DNA of 64,000 nucleotides, from NCBI GenBank assembly GCA_021814145.1, contig JAKAIY010000002.1, forward strand, positions 1,739-65,738. The letters are read 5' to 3'. The notes below the pieces were generated by a model. The model saw nothing but the letters and a program-made list of their open reading frames with translations. It did no database searches and was not told where the DNA came from. The translations under genes were made by a program, and so were the position numbers. Source of the DNA: Chloroflexota bacterium. GTDB taxonomy: Bacteria; Chloroflexota; Ktedonobacteria; Ktedonobacterales; JADMIN01. Below, one piece after another: positions 27,606 to 36,899 of the stretch; positions within the stretch are counted from its first letter, which is position 1, and the number at the start of each line of letters is the position of its first letter.

Positions 27606-28628
27606 ATGCCGGTGCAGGATGAAAACTCCCACATAGCGGAAGCGGCGTTCGCGGCTACGTCCTCGCTATTCGGCAGCCGCGCGAAAGCGATGGAGCCGCT
27701 GTCGCAGCATGGCACCTTTGGTGTGGGGGGTCCGGCGGATGTATGGGTCTCCGTGGAGAGCGAGGATGAGCTGGCGCGGCTTGTAACCCTGGCGTGGGAG
27801 AACCATTTCCCTTTGCTACTTGTTGGCAATGGCACAAACACTCTATACGCTGACGCGGGCGCGCGCGGGATAGTGGCGCGTGTGGCGATCGAGCATATCG
27901 AGCTTCAGCCCCGCGATGAGGCGCACGTAATATTGCGGGTGGGCGCTGGCGTCAGCCTCCCCACGCTGGTCAAGAAACTGACGCCACTCGGCTGGGCGGG
28001 CCTTGAATGGGCGGCTGGCGTGCCAGGCACCGTTGGAGGGGCCATCGTCAGCAACGCAGGCGCGCACGGCGCCTGCGTCGCCGACACGATTATCTCAGTC
28101 CGCACACTCCAGGCGCCCGGCAACACCCGGGAGCAAGCTCTTGTGCGCGACCTGTCCGGCGACGAGTTGGCGCTTGGTTACCGTACCAGCCGCTTCCGTT
28201 CGGGACGGCTGGTCACATTCGACGACACTGGGCGTCCACACGCTTCGCCACGCGCACAGATCGAGCCGGCGGAAATCATCGTCGAGGCGAGGTTTCTGCT
28301 CAAGCGCGATGATCCGTGCAATATCGCCGCGCGCGCCAAATCATATCTCGATCACCGCAAGCGCACACAGCCACCGCAGAAGAGCGCGGGCTCCGTCTTC
28401 AAGAATCCCGAGCCGCAAAAATCTGGCAAGCTTATCCAGGATGCGGGGCTGAAGCCTTATCGCATTGGTGGCGCGGAGATTTCCGCGAAGCACGCGAACT
28501 TTATCATCAACACGGGGGGCGCTACCGCCGCCGATGTCGCCGCGCTGATCGCGCTCGCCCGCCGCAGCGTGCGTGAGCGCTTTGGCGTTGAGTTGGAACT
28601 GGAGGTCGAGCCTCGTGGAGATTGGTGA
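27606..28628 (+). CDS. murB: UDP-N-acetylenolpyruvoylglucosamine reductase
   Basis: FAD-binding PCMH-type N-domain (FGVGGPADVWV, GNGTN) and the MurB C-terminal motifs GSVFKNP and AKHANFIIN. Confidence 0.85.
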   Translation: MPVQDENSHIAEAAFAATSSLFGSRAKAMEPLSQHGTFGVGGPADVWVSVESEDELARLVTLAWENHFPLLLVGNGTNTLYADAGARGIVARVAIEHIELQPRDEAHVILRVGAGVSLPTLVKKLTPLGWAGLEWAAGVPGTVGGAIVSNAGAHGACVADTIISVRTLQAPGNTREQALVRDLSGDELALGYRTSRFRSGRLVTFDDTGRPHASPRAQIEPAEIIVEARFLLKRDDPCNIAARAKSYLDHRKRTQPPQKSAGSVFKNPEPQKSGKLIQDAGLKPYRIGGAEISAKHANFIINTGGATAADVAALIALARRSVRERFGVELELEVEPRGDW

Positions 28629-28632
28629 CCGC

Positions 28633-29121
28633 ATGAAGTCGGAACGGGGAATGGCGCCCGCGCCCTACTACAACCGGCGTGTTCCACCTGACCCAGGGCT
28701 ACACCCTCGCGCGCGTTGTCATGAAGCGCCCTCAGAAGGTCTGCTACGTGGCGTCGATCAGTTCAACCGGCGTGAGTATTTCGCGGCGCACGAAACGCTG
28801 GAGGAACTCTGGAACGCTGAGCCAGATGTCTGCCGTGTGCTCTACAAAGGTATTCTCCAGATTGGCGTGGGCTGCTATCACTTGCTGCGCGGCAATCAGC
28901 GCGGCGCGCTGCTCAAGCTCCGGTCTGGCTCAGAATACCTCACTTCTTTCACGCCGCGCTGCATGGGCATTGAAGTAGGTCGCCTGATAACTGACGCGCG
29001 AGCGTTGCTCAACGCGGTCGAGGCCGCTGGCCCAGACGGACTGGCGAACATAGATCGCGCCCTGTTGCCAGTCATCCAGCTCACCACGCCAAGCGCCAAA
29101 GATACGAGCGAGGAGGACTAG
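28633..29121 (+). CDS. DUF309-domain protein
   Basis: The segment FNRREYFAAHETLEELW..YKGILQIGVGCYH is the DUF309 pattern as I recall it. The internal ATG at 28633 was chosen so the gene does not overlap murB. Confidence 0.55.
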   Translation: MKSERGMAPAPYYNRRVPPDPGLHPRARCHEAPSEGLLRGVDQFNRREYFAAHETLEELWNAEPDVCRVLYKGILQIGVGCYHLLRGNQRGALLKLRSGSEYLTSFTPRCMGIEVGRLITDARALLNAVEAAGPDGLANIDRALLPVIQLTTPSAKDTSEED

Positions 29122-29125
29122 CGCG

Positions 29126-29770
29126 ATGGCGCAAGCAGCATGGGCGACAGAGATGGCGCTCGTCCCTGAAGCGCCTTATCCACCTGCGCCCTGGACGGCG
29201 ACCAGCCAGTATTGGGCTGGGCTTTTCCGCTCTGACAAACCAGCCAGGCTGCCGCGCGGGCTGCGGCCACTGCTCGGCGCGCGCGCGCGAATGGTAACGG
29301 TGGTGCGCTACCTCCCTGGCTCGACCCTGGTCTATGATGAACTGATCGTCGCCGTTCCGGCCCTGCTCGGCTGGCGTCCTGGCCTCTATATAGACCACAT
29401 CTGGGTGGACAGCCTGGCGTCGCTCTGGGGTGGGCGGCGCATCTGGGGATTGCCGAAAAACCTCGCTGATTTCGCCTGGACAGAGCGCGGAGTAACAGTC
29501 ACAGATGGCGCGGGCCTCATCATGGAGCTAGCCCTAAACCGCCATCCTCCACACGGCCCGGCGCTGCCTTTCGCCACGGCGGGCATTGGGCGCCTGGGCG
29601 AACGCTGGGCGTGGGGAATCGTGCCAATGCGCGCACGCTTCGGAGAAGCCGGGATGCGCATCGTATCAATGTCCCCGCGCTTCACCTTCCACCTGGGCCG
29701 GCGTCCAACCATCGCCGTCGCTTCGCGGGAATGCCATGTCACCTTCCCCAATCCCGCGTTGATGCATTAA
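29126..29770 (+). CDS. Acetoacetate-decarboxylase-like family protein
   Basis: The pattern YDELIVAVPA..GLYIDHIWVDSLASLWGGRRIWGLPKNLADF resembles the ADC-family core (Y-E..v.vp...G.y....yvd...a...GRe.wG.PK). Confidence 0.5.
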   Translation: MAQAAWATEMALVPEAPYPPAPWTATSQYWAGLFRSDKPARLPRGLRPLLGARARMVTVVRYLPGSTLVYDELIVAVPALLGWRPGLYIDHIWVDSLASLWGGRRIWGLPKNLADFAWTERGVTVTDGAGLIMELALNRHPPHGPALPFATAGIGRLGERWAWGIVPMRARFGEAGMRIVSMSPRFTFHLGRRPTIAVASRECHVTFPNPALMH

Positions 29771-29836
29771 ACCAGAATATTCGCCCGCAAGCTGGCAAGG
29801 ATCGCACTTAGCGTGAGCCTTCGCTGTTTCTACTCT

Positions 29837-30652
29837 TCACGCCATCACCCCAACCAGACGCCGGGCAATCACCATGCGCTCTGGATAGTCAGTGAAGACG
29901 CCATCCGCATTCCAGGCGATCAACCGGCGAATGGTTGCCAGGCGATTAGCCGTCCACACATTGACCTTCAGCCCCGCTTCGTGCGCCGCGCGGATAGTTC
30001 CCTCAGTGAGGATGCGCGGATGCGGATGGATGGCCTCCACGCCCAGGTGCAGCGCGCTTTCGATCATCGCTGACCCTGTCCAGGCGCGGCCACCATATAA
30101 CGTAGCGGTCCGCGCCCATGGGGCCAGCTCGCGCATACGCGCCACCGCTGGGAAGCTGAACGAAGAGAGCAGCAGTCCAGCGCGCAGTGGATTATCTTCT
30201 GGCAACGCGTTCAGGACGGGAGCGACCGCCTCGGCGACGGTAACTGCCTCAGTGTCAGTATCAGCCTTTAGCTCCAGGTTGAGCAGCCCGCCTCGCCGCC
30301 AGACCAGCGCCAGCGTTTCCTCTAACGTTGGGATGCGCTGGGGGAGGCGCATCAGTCGTCCAGCGTCTAGCGCGCGGAGCGCCTCAAACGACATTCCGTT
30401 CACAGGGCCTCGACCGTTTGTCGTGCGGTTCACCGTGCTGTCATGGATGACGACAATCCGCCCGTCGGCGCTAAGCTGGACGTCACATTCAATGCCATCC
30501 GCGCCGAGATCAAACGCCAGATCAAACGCCAGCAAGGTATTTTCTGGCGCATGGCCACGCGCTCCGCGATGTCCATAACTGATCGGGCCATTACGCGCAT
30601 GCGCCGGCTCCACCTTCTGCCTGTCAGCCTGACGCGATAGTTGTTGCGTCAT
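29837..30652 (-). CDS. Glycerophosphodiester phosphodiesterase
   Basis: GDPD signature: SYGHRGARGHAPENTLLAF, GADGIECDVQLSADGRIVVIHD. Confidence 0.85.
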   Translation of the reverse strand: MTQQLSRQADRQKVEPAHARNGPISYGHRGARGHAPENTLLAFDLAFDLGADGIECDVQLSADGRIVVIHDSTVNRTTNGRGPVNGMSFEALRALDAGRLMRLPQRIPTLEETLALVWRRGGLLNLELKADTDTEAVTVAEAVAPVLNALPEDNPLRAGLLLSSFSFPAVARMRELAPWARTATLYGGRAWTGSAMIESALHLGVEAIHPHPRILTEGTIRAAHEAGLKVNVWTANRLATIRRLIAWNADGVFTDYPERMVIARRLVGVMA

Positions 30653-30904
30653 GCGGCGTCCTACCTCCGATGATAGCGCCGAGACGACCTGGCCTTACAG
30701 CGTCATCGTTATAGAAGTCTAATTGCTGCTATAGTAACACAGGAGGAAGGCGGCGACTATCATCACAACACTATCACAGAGGCCAGGCGTCGGGGGCGCA
30801 GGTGATACAATTTATCAGGAAAGGCCGCGCCGCCGGACGCGTCGCGCGGCATGATTACATCATTGATAAAGGCTGAACACGCCACAGATGAGAGAGAAGC
30901 GACT

Positions 30905-31831
30905 ATGCGAAGCAAAGTGACCGTCGTTGGAGCCGGGAACGTTGGCGCGACGCTGGGTCAGCGAGTCGCGGAGCGCGACTACGCCGATGTTGTCCTGGTG
31001 GACGTGATCCCCGATATGCCACAGGGCAAGGCGCTTGACATCCTTGAGGCTGGCCCGGTGCTGGGCTACGACTCACTGGTGATTGGCGCCAATGGCTATG
31101 ATGAAACCGCCGGATCTGACGTTGTCGTTATCACGTCAGGTATCGCCCGCAAGCCAGGGATGAGCCGCGATGATCTGATTCGCACCAATCAGGGCATTGT
31201 CACGCAAGTGACGCGGGAGATTGTCTCGCGTTCACCTAATGCGATCCTGATCTGCGTCACGAATCCGCTCGACGCGATGGTCCAGTTGACATGGAAGGTG
31301 AGTGGATTCCCCAAGAACCGCGTGATCGGCATGGCTGGTGTGCTGGATACCGCTCGCTTCCGCGCTTTTATCGCCCAGGAACTGGGCGTCTCGGTGCGCG
31401 ATGTGCAGGCGTATGTGCTAGGCGGCCACGGCGACACGATGGTGCCACTGGCGCGGCTCTCCAGCGTCGCTGGCGTTCCGCTGCCCAACCTGATTCCCGC
31501 CGAGCGGCTGGAACAGATTGTTCAGCGCACGCGTGACGGTGGCGCCGAGATCGTTCAGTTGCTCAAGACCGGCAGCGCCTATTACGCGCCTTCCGCTTCA
31601 GTTCTGCAGATGGTGGACTCAATCATCCTTGACAAGAAGATGATCATGCCCTGTTCCGTCTATCTGGAAGGCGAATACGGCATCAACGGCTTGTACGTTG
31701 GCGTGCCCGCTAAGCTGGGCGCGAAAGGCGTCGAGGAGATCATCCAACTCGATCTCACCGAAACCGAGCGGGCGGCCCTGCAAAAGTCCGCTGACGCTGT
31801 CAAGGAATTGATCGGTGTCATGGGGATCTAG
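30905..31831 (+). CDS. mdh: Malate dehydrogenase (LDH-like type)
   Basis: [15 protein letters not shown] Rossmann motif, [16 protein letters not shown], and [13 protein letters not shown] 30905 gives the typical ~308 aa. Confidence 0.9.
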   Translation: MRSKVTVVGAGNVGATLGQRVAERDYADVVLVDVIPDMPQGKALDILEAGPVLGYDSLVIGANGYDETAGSDVVVITSGIARKPGMSRDDLIRTNQGIVTQVTREIVSRSPNAILICVTNPLDAMVQLTWKVSGFPKNRVIGMAGVLDTARFRAFIAQELGVSVRDVQAYVLGGHGDTMVPLARLSSVAGVPLPNLIPAERLEQIVQRTRDGGAEIVQLLKTGSAYYAPSASVLQMVDSIILDKKMIMPCSVYLEGEYGINGLYVGVPAKLGAKGVEEIIQLDLTETERAALQKSADAVKELIGVMGI

Positions 31832-31980
31832 TCCACTTCGTTGCTTTCGGCTCTTTTCGGCGCTGGCGTCATGACGCCGGCGCCGATTGCGCGTCTCTGG
31901 CATGCCCGCGTCCCGCGCGTTACAATCCCCCCTAACAGGGGCGTCTGAGCGCGCCTGGCGTATGGGAGGAGCGGGCGAAG

Positions 31981-33141
31981 GTGACAGACGAGGTTAAGCA
32001 ACGTAAAGCGGAGCATGTGCAAGTCGCCCTCGCGCATGACATTTCCGCGCCCCAGGCCGCCTCTTGGGCTGACGTCCGGCTTGTGCATCAGGCGCTACCC
32101 GAGGTAGATCTTGAAGGGATAGACACCTCAACCGTCTATCTCGGCAAGACGCTGCGCTACCCCATTTTCATCTCCTCGCTCACTGGCGGGCACCCAGATG
32201 TCGCCATCATCAATGAGCGGCTCGCCAGCATCGCGCAGGATTATGGCCTGGCGATGGGAGTGGGTAGCCAGCGCGCCGCTCTGGTGACGCCCGATTTGGC
32301 GGCGACCTATGGCGTAGCGCGGGCCAAGGCCCCTGACGCCTTCCTGATCGCCAATGTCGGCGCACCGCAACTCATCGGGCAGCGTGGCAAGCCCGCGTTC
32401 ACGCTGGACGACGCGCGCGCCGCTGTGCGGATGATCGGCGCCAACGCGCTTGCCATACATCTCAACTACTTACAGGAGGCCGCCCAGCCGGAAGGCGATC
32501 GCAAGGCGAAGGGCGTGCTTGCCAGGATGCGCGCCATCGCGGAGCATGTGGGCGTTCCGGTCATCGCCAAGGAAACCGGCGCTGGCGTCAGCTTCGAGCA
32601 GGCCACGAAGCTGGTCGCGCACGGCGTGGCTGCGATTGACGTTGGCGGCGCTGGTGGCAGCAGTATGGCGGCTATGGAAGCGCAACGCGCCCGAGAGCGG
32701 GGTGACCAGCGGGCAGGAGCCATTGGCGCGCTTTATCGCGACTGGGGCATTCCGACACCCATAGCGGTCGTCGAAACGAACGCCGCCGCGCCCGATCTGC
32801 CCATCACCGCCACTGGTGGCGTGCGTTCTGGCCTGGACGCCGCGCGCGCGCTCGCTCTTGGCGCGACACTCATCGGGATGGGCTTCCCCTTCCTAAAGGC
32901 CGCCACAGAGAGCGAGTCCTCAGTGCGCGAGTTTCTGGAACAATTTCTCGCTGAGTTGCGCGTCGCCATGCAACTGACCGGGGCCGCCTCCGTGGAAGCG
33001 TTGAGACGTGTCCCTGTCGTGGTCACTGGCGCCACTCGCGAATGGCTGGAGCTGCGGGGTTTCGAGCGAACTCTGCGAATGATGGCTCGCCGTGGCGCGG
33101 ATGGCATGGATGATGCGTTTGGCCGTGAGGAGCGCGCCTGA
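31981..33141 (+). CDS. fni: Type 2 (FMN-dependent) isopentenyl-diphosphate delta-isomerase
   Basis: RKAEHVQVAL, SSLTGG, AKETGAG, IDVGGAGGSS and GGVRSGLDAARALALGA are the IDI-2 TIM-barrel motifs. Confidence 0.85.
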   Translation: MTDEVKQRKAEHVQVALAHDISAPQAASWADVRLVHQALPEVDLEGIDTSTVYLGKTLRYPIFISSLTGGHPDVAIINERLASIAQDYGLAMGVGSQRAALVTPDLAATYGVARAKAPDAFLIANVGAPQLIGQRGKPAFTLDDARAAVRMIGANALAIHLNYLQEAAQPEGDRKAKGVLARMRAIAEHVGVPVIAKETGAGVSFEQATKLVAHGVAAIDVGGAGGSSMAAMEAQRARERGDQRAGAIGALYRDWGIPTPIAVVETNAAAPDLPITATGGVRSGLDAARALALGATLIGMGFPFLKAATESESSVREFLEQFLAELRVAMQLTGAASVEALRRVPVVVTGATREWLELRGFERTLRMMARRGADGMDDAFGREERA

Positions 33142-33152
33142 AACGCGATTTG

Positions 33153-33179
33153 TGTCATGGGGCACGCCACCCCATGACA
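33153..33179 (+). terminator. Hairpin after fni
   Basis: A perfect 10-bp stem TGTCATGGGG / CCCCATGACA with a 7-nt loop, 12 nt after the stop codon. It has only a weak T tract. Confidence 0.45.
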
Positions 33180-33469
33180 TTGCATGGCCGCAGGGTCTCA
33201 ACAGGGTGGAGATTCCCAAATACCATGTCAAGACGTTGCGGCTGAGTTTTTGGCGCCACATATGCGACCAGCAGTGTCTTCGTTGAGGCCATCGTTTGTC
33301 ACCGCACTGGCGACATGAGGGCCTCGCTCGCACAAGATCATCCTGGCGCGGTCCGCGAGTGGCGACATGATGTGGCCACACAGCCGGGTAGCGAATCGCG
33401 CCAGCGATGGTCGCGAAGCGAGTGTTCCAGGCGGGAACAACGTCTGGCTAGCGAATAGGAGAACGAGGT

Positions 33470-33715
33470 ATGGGGGTGTTGCGAGTACTGTCGCATCACG
33501 GTGACGACAAGAACGAGTGGAATTACCCCGCCGTTCTAACAGGCGACGAAGAGGCGCAACGGGCGATTGAGGAAGCTGAGCGCATCTTCGCCGAGCAGCG
33601 CGCGCGCGGCGCGACTGCCGTGCGGGTTGCGCCGGGCCAGCCGGCGCAGCGCATTGACAGCTTCGACCCTACCGCTGAAGAGATCGTGATGATCCCCCGC
33701 GTGGTTGGCGGTTGA
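33470..33715 (+). CDS. Hypothetical 81-aa protein ending in Gly-Gly
   Basis: The ORF has GGAGAACGAGG upstream of its ATG. The C-terminus EEIVMIPRVVGG-stop resembles the MoaD/ThiS-type tail. No other motif was recognised. Confidence 0.45.
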   Translation: MGVLRVLSHHGDDKNEWNYPAVLTGDEEAQRAIEEAERIFAEQRARGATAVRVAPGQPAQRIDSFDPTAEEIVMIPRVVGG

Positions 33716-33733
33716 CGAGATCGGGCCAGTACA

Positions 33734-34189
33734 ATGAACGCCAGTGTGGTGTTGGTGTTTGTGTCGCTGATCGCAATAACCGTGGTGGGATTCAAGATCA
33801 TGGCGCTGATGTCGGTGAGTCCGTTCTTCCGGTCACGGATCTGGCCATGGCTGCGTTCGCGCGGCTGGTGGCCCGCGCCGGCGGAGCGCGCCGCCGAAGC
33901 GCTCCTACGCCGTCTGCTAACCGACCCCGAGTACGATACGCTCAGCCGCAACGGGTTCCTCGACGTGCCCAGCCAGGAGTATCCAGGACGCGTCTATCGC
34001 ATACCACGTGGGCCAGGACAGGTGCTTGTGGTCGAACGTGGTCGTGTTCTGGAGCGTCTGTGCGTCCAACCCGCGACGATCGGCCTGCCAGAAGCGGATA
34101 TCGTGCTGATGCACAAGCTGCTGCTGGAATCGGACGAGCGGAGCTATCTGATGACCGCGAATCACTTTCCACGCGCGATCTGGTATTGA
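33734..34189 (+). CDS. Hypothetical protein with an N-terminal TM helix
   Basis: 151 aa, starting 18 nt after the previous stop. N-terminal hydrophobic helix VVLVFVSLIAITVVGFKIMALM. The family was not recognised. Confidence 0.4.
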   Translation: MNASVVLVFVSLIAITVVGFKIMALMSVSPFFRSRIWPWLRSRGWWPAPAERAAEALLRRLLTDPEYDTLSRNGFLDVPSQEYPGRVYRIPRGPGQVLVVERGRVLERLCVQPATIGLPEADIVLMHKLLLESDERSYLMTANHFPRAIWY

Positions 34190-34274
34190 GCGCCTCTATC
34201 GCCATCACCGCCAGCGTACGCGACAGTTCAGACGCTGTTCACGCATCCTGGCTGGCGAAGCCCGGCGCGCCAGC

Positions 34275-34313
34275 AAAGCGCCCACCCTGGTGACACACCG
34301 GTGGGCGCTTTTT
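34275..34313. terminator. Bidirectional intrinsic terminator
   Basis: AAAGCGCCCACC / GGTGGGCGCTTT stem flanked by A and T tracts, between convergent genes (the 33734-34189 ORF and the S9 peptidase). Confidence 0.6.
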
Positions 34314-34345
34314 CATGCCCTGCGCTTATCCTACAAGGCTCGGCG

Positions 34346-36379
34346 CTACTCGGCAAAGTGCTCCTCAAACCAGCCCAGGATCTCGTTCAGACGGCGTACT
34401 CGCGAGCGCGGATGTCCCGTGCGCGAAAGGTCGTGCGATTGTCCCTCAAAGATAACCATCTTCGTCTCGCGCCCCAAATACTTGAGCGCGCTGAAGAGCT
34501 GCTGGCTTTGTTCCAGCGGGCAGCGCAGATCGTTGTCGCTGTGCAGGATCAGCAACGGCGCCTGGATATCCTGGACATAGGTAATCGGCGAGAATCGCAT
34601 CAGCCGCTCCGGGTCTTCCCACGGTGTGGCGCCCAGCTCATCCACCGTCAGCGACCAGCCGATGTCGCTGACTCCGAACATCGTCGCCATATTGCTGACG
34701 CAGCGCATCGTCACGCCGGCCTTGAAACGGTCACTATGGCTGACGGCCCAGTTAGTCATGAAACCGCCATAGCTGCCACCCGCCACACCTAGCCGCTCCA
34801 GGTCTATGCCGCCGTGCGCAATGGCCGCGTCAAGGCCCGCCATGATGTCCTCGAAGTCCTTGCCGCCCCAATCATTAATGACCGCGCCAGAGAAAAGCCG
34901 CCCATAGCCCGTGCTGCCGCGCGGATTGACGTACACCACACTGTAGCCACGCGCCGCGAGCAGCTGGAACTCCAGGAAAAAGCTCCATCCATACATCGCC
35001 GCCGGGCCACCATGAATTTCCAGGACTGTGGGCAGGGCCCGCTCAGGCGGTGCGCCAGCTGGGCGAAGTGTCCACCCCTGGATCTCCCAGCCGTCAGCCC
35101 CGGTAAACGTCATCTCCTCTGGCTCAGCCAGCGCAACCTCGTCCATCCATCCCGCATTCACCCGCGTCAATCGGCGCGGCTGCTCATTCCCGTCTGCCTT
35201 CACATAGAGATCGCCAGGAATAACCGGTGTCGAGATACCCAGCGCCAGCATCCGCGCCGCCGCGTTAGTCGAGTAGCCGTAGACGTGCAGCGCGCCATCC
35301 GTCAGCGCATGGGGGGGAAGCGAGCCATCCACCGGCGCGGCGTAGACATGCGTCGTTCCCCGTGTCGCGGCCAGGAAAAGCGCCTCCCGGCTATCTGGTG
35401 TCCATGCAATGTGATGAGCGCCATGCGAGCTCCGTTGATCATCAATGCAGGTGTCGTCGCAAGTCGGAATGAAGGCTTCGGTTAGCAGGTGTTGCCCTGG
35501 CTCGCCCGCTCCAGGTCGGGAAACGTAAAGATCAGTGTGTCCTACTCCTGCGCGTCGCGGAGAGGCAAGAAACGCGACCGCCTGGCCGTCAGGTGACCAG
35601 GATGGCGCGGCGCAGGCTAGCTCCTCTCCTGTCAGCCGCGCCAGCGTCCCGTTAATGAGATCAACAGTCCATACCTGGGCGGCGGGCCATGACCATCGCT
35701 CATCGGTGCGGTCGGAAGTGAAAGCGAGCCACCGCCCGTCTGGCGACCAGCATGGCTCACTGTCGTCCCAGTCACCGTCGGTAATCTGGCGCGGCTCGCC
35801 GCCAGCCGAGGGGATGGTGAAGAGATGTGAGCGCAAATCATAGATGTAGCCTGCGCCGTCCAGCTTGTGCCAGAGTCGCGTTATCGTTCGCACGCGCGGC
35901 AGCGCCCGGCCTTCAAGCGCAGCGTCATCCGCCGCATGATCGTCAGCATCGCCAGTAGGCGCTGCGAAGGCGATAGTCGCGCCATCTGGCGACCAGACAG
36001 CAGGTCCTGTTCCGTGGCGTAGTCGCGTCAGTTGCGACGGCTCACCTCCACGCATCGGCAGCAGCCACAACTGCGGGCTCCCCACCCCATGCTCGCGTTC
36101 CTCATGTGTTTTGGGCTTGACGCCACTCGCTGGCGCGCGCACGAAAGCGATAGTCGCGCCATCCGGTGACCAGCGCGGCGCCGTATCGCTTGGGCCGTTA
36201 GTCAGGCGGCGTGGAGCGCCGCTTTCCACTGACGCCACCCATAGACTACGCCGGTACTCGAACGATTCGCGGTCCACTTCCATGCGCACGAACGCGATGA
36301 GGGTTCCATCTGGTGAAAGTTGGGGATCTTCAACATGCCGGATGGCGAAGAGGTCATCTGCGGTGATCGGTCGTGTCAC
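34346..36379 (-). CDS. S9-family serine peptidase (prolyl oligopeptidase / acylaminoacyl peptidase type) with a beta-propeller
   Basis: N-terminal repeats of SPDG..IAF (TolB-like propeller blades). The C-terminal alpha/beta hydrolase domain has the nucleophile GGSYGGFM and a downstream D...H. Confidence 0.85.
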   Translation of the reverse strand: MTRPITADDLFAIRHVEDPQLSPDGTLIAFVRMEVDRESFEYRRSLWVASVESGAPRRLTNGPSDTAPRWSPDGATIAFVRAPASGVKPKTHEEREHGVGSPQLWLLPMRGGEPSQLTRLRHGTGPAVWSPDGATIAFAAPTGDADDHAADDAALEGRALPRVRTITRLWHKLDGAGYIYDLRSHLFTIPSAGGEPRQITDGDWDDSEPCWSPDGRWLAFTSDRTDERWSWPAAQVWTVDLINGTLARLTGEELACAAPSWSPDGQAVAFLASPRRAGVGHTDLYVSRPGAGEPGQHLLTEAFIPTCDDTCIDDQRSSHGAHHIAWTPDSREALFLAATRGTTHVYAAPVDGSLPPHALTDGALHVYGYSTNAAARMLALGISTPVIPGDLYVKADGNEQPRRLTRVNAGWMDEVALAEPEEMTFTGADGWEIQGWTLRPAGAPPERALPTVLEIHGGPAAMYGWSFFLEFQLLAARGYSVVYVNPRGSTGYGRLFSGAVINDWGGKDFEDIMAGLDAAIAHGGIDLERLGVAGGSYGGFMTNWAVSHSDRFKAGVTMRCVSNMATMFGVSDIGWSLTVDELGATPWEDPERLMRFSPITYVQDIQAPLLILHSDNDLRCPLEQSQQLFSALKYLGRETKMVIFEGQSHDLSRTGHPRSRVRRLNEILGWFEEHFAE

Positions 36380-36406
36380 AAGTGTGACGCCTTTCTGTGG
36401 TCGCTG

Positions 36407-36832
36407 TTAATCTTCGGATGTTTCAGCTACGGGCTTTTGATAGTTGCGGTCTACCTCGCGCAGCACCACGCCAGGGATGGCCCATGTCTTGGGGGTGAAA
36501 CTGTGGTACTCGCCGTCACAGGCGGGCACTGTTTCCGAGCAGCGAATATGCGGCTTCAACCGGAAGCGGAGCAAATCGCCCTGCACATCTATCCAGATAT
36601 GGCGACGAGTGACGCTTGTGCCCCACTTAAAGAGGACTCCAGAATCATATTCCTCGAACCAACCGCGCCCTTGCAATGCCTGCCGGTTGAGCCTCTGAAG
36701 GATTTCCGCGACACCACTCTCGCGCAGCACACGCCGCGCGTTCTCGCGGATAGCGCGGCGCTGGGCCTCTATTTCCTTCGTATCGGCCGCGCCTGATGAA
36801 GGCGCATGCGGCCATTCCGCCGACGGTGGCAT
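36407..36832 (-). CDS. Hypothetical protein (141 aa)
   Basis: An ORF between the RR-GGDEF gene and the S9 peptidase on the same strand. No motif was recognised. Confidence 0.4.
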   Translation of the reverse strand: MPPSAEWPHAPSSGAADTKEIEAQRRAIRENARRVLRESGVAEILQRLNRQALQGRGWFEEYDSGVLFKWGTSVTRRHIWIDVQGDLLRFRLKPHIRCSETVPACDGEYHSFTPKTWAIPGVVLREVDRNYQKPVAETSED

Positions 36833-36899
36833 AGGCGCTCATCTCTCCTGATATTCCTTATAGTCAAGTTAGTCGCATCGCTGGCCGGCTTGCCGTCAG

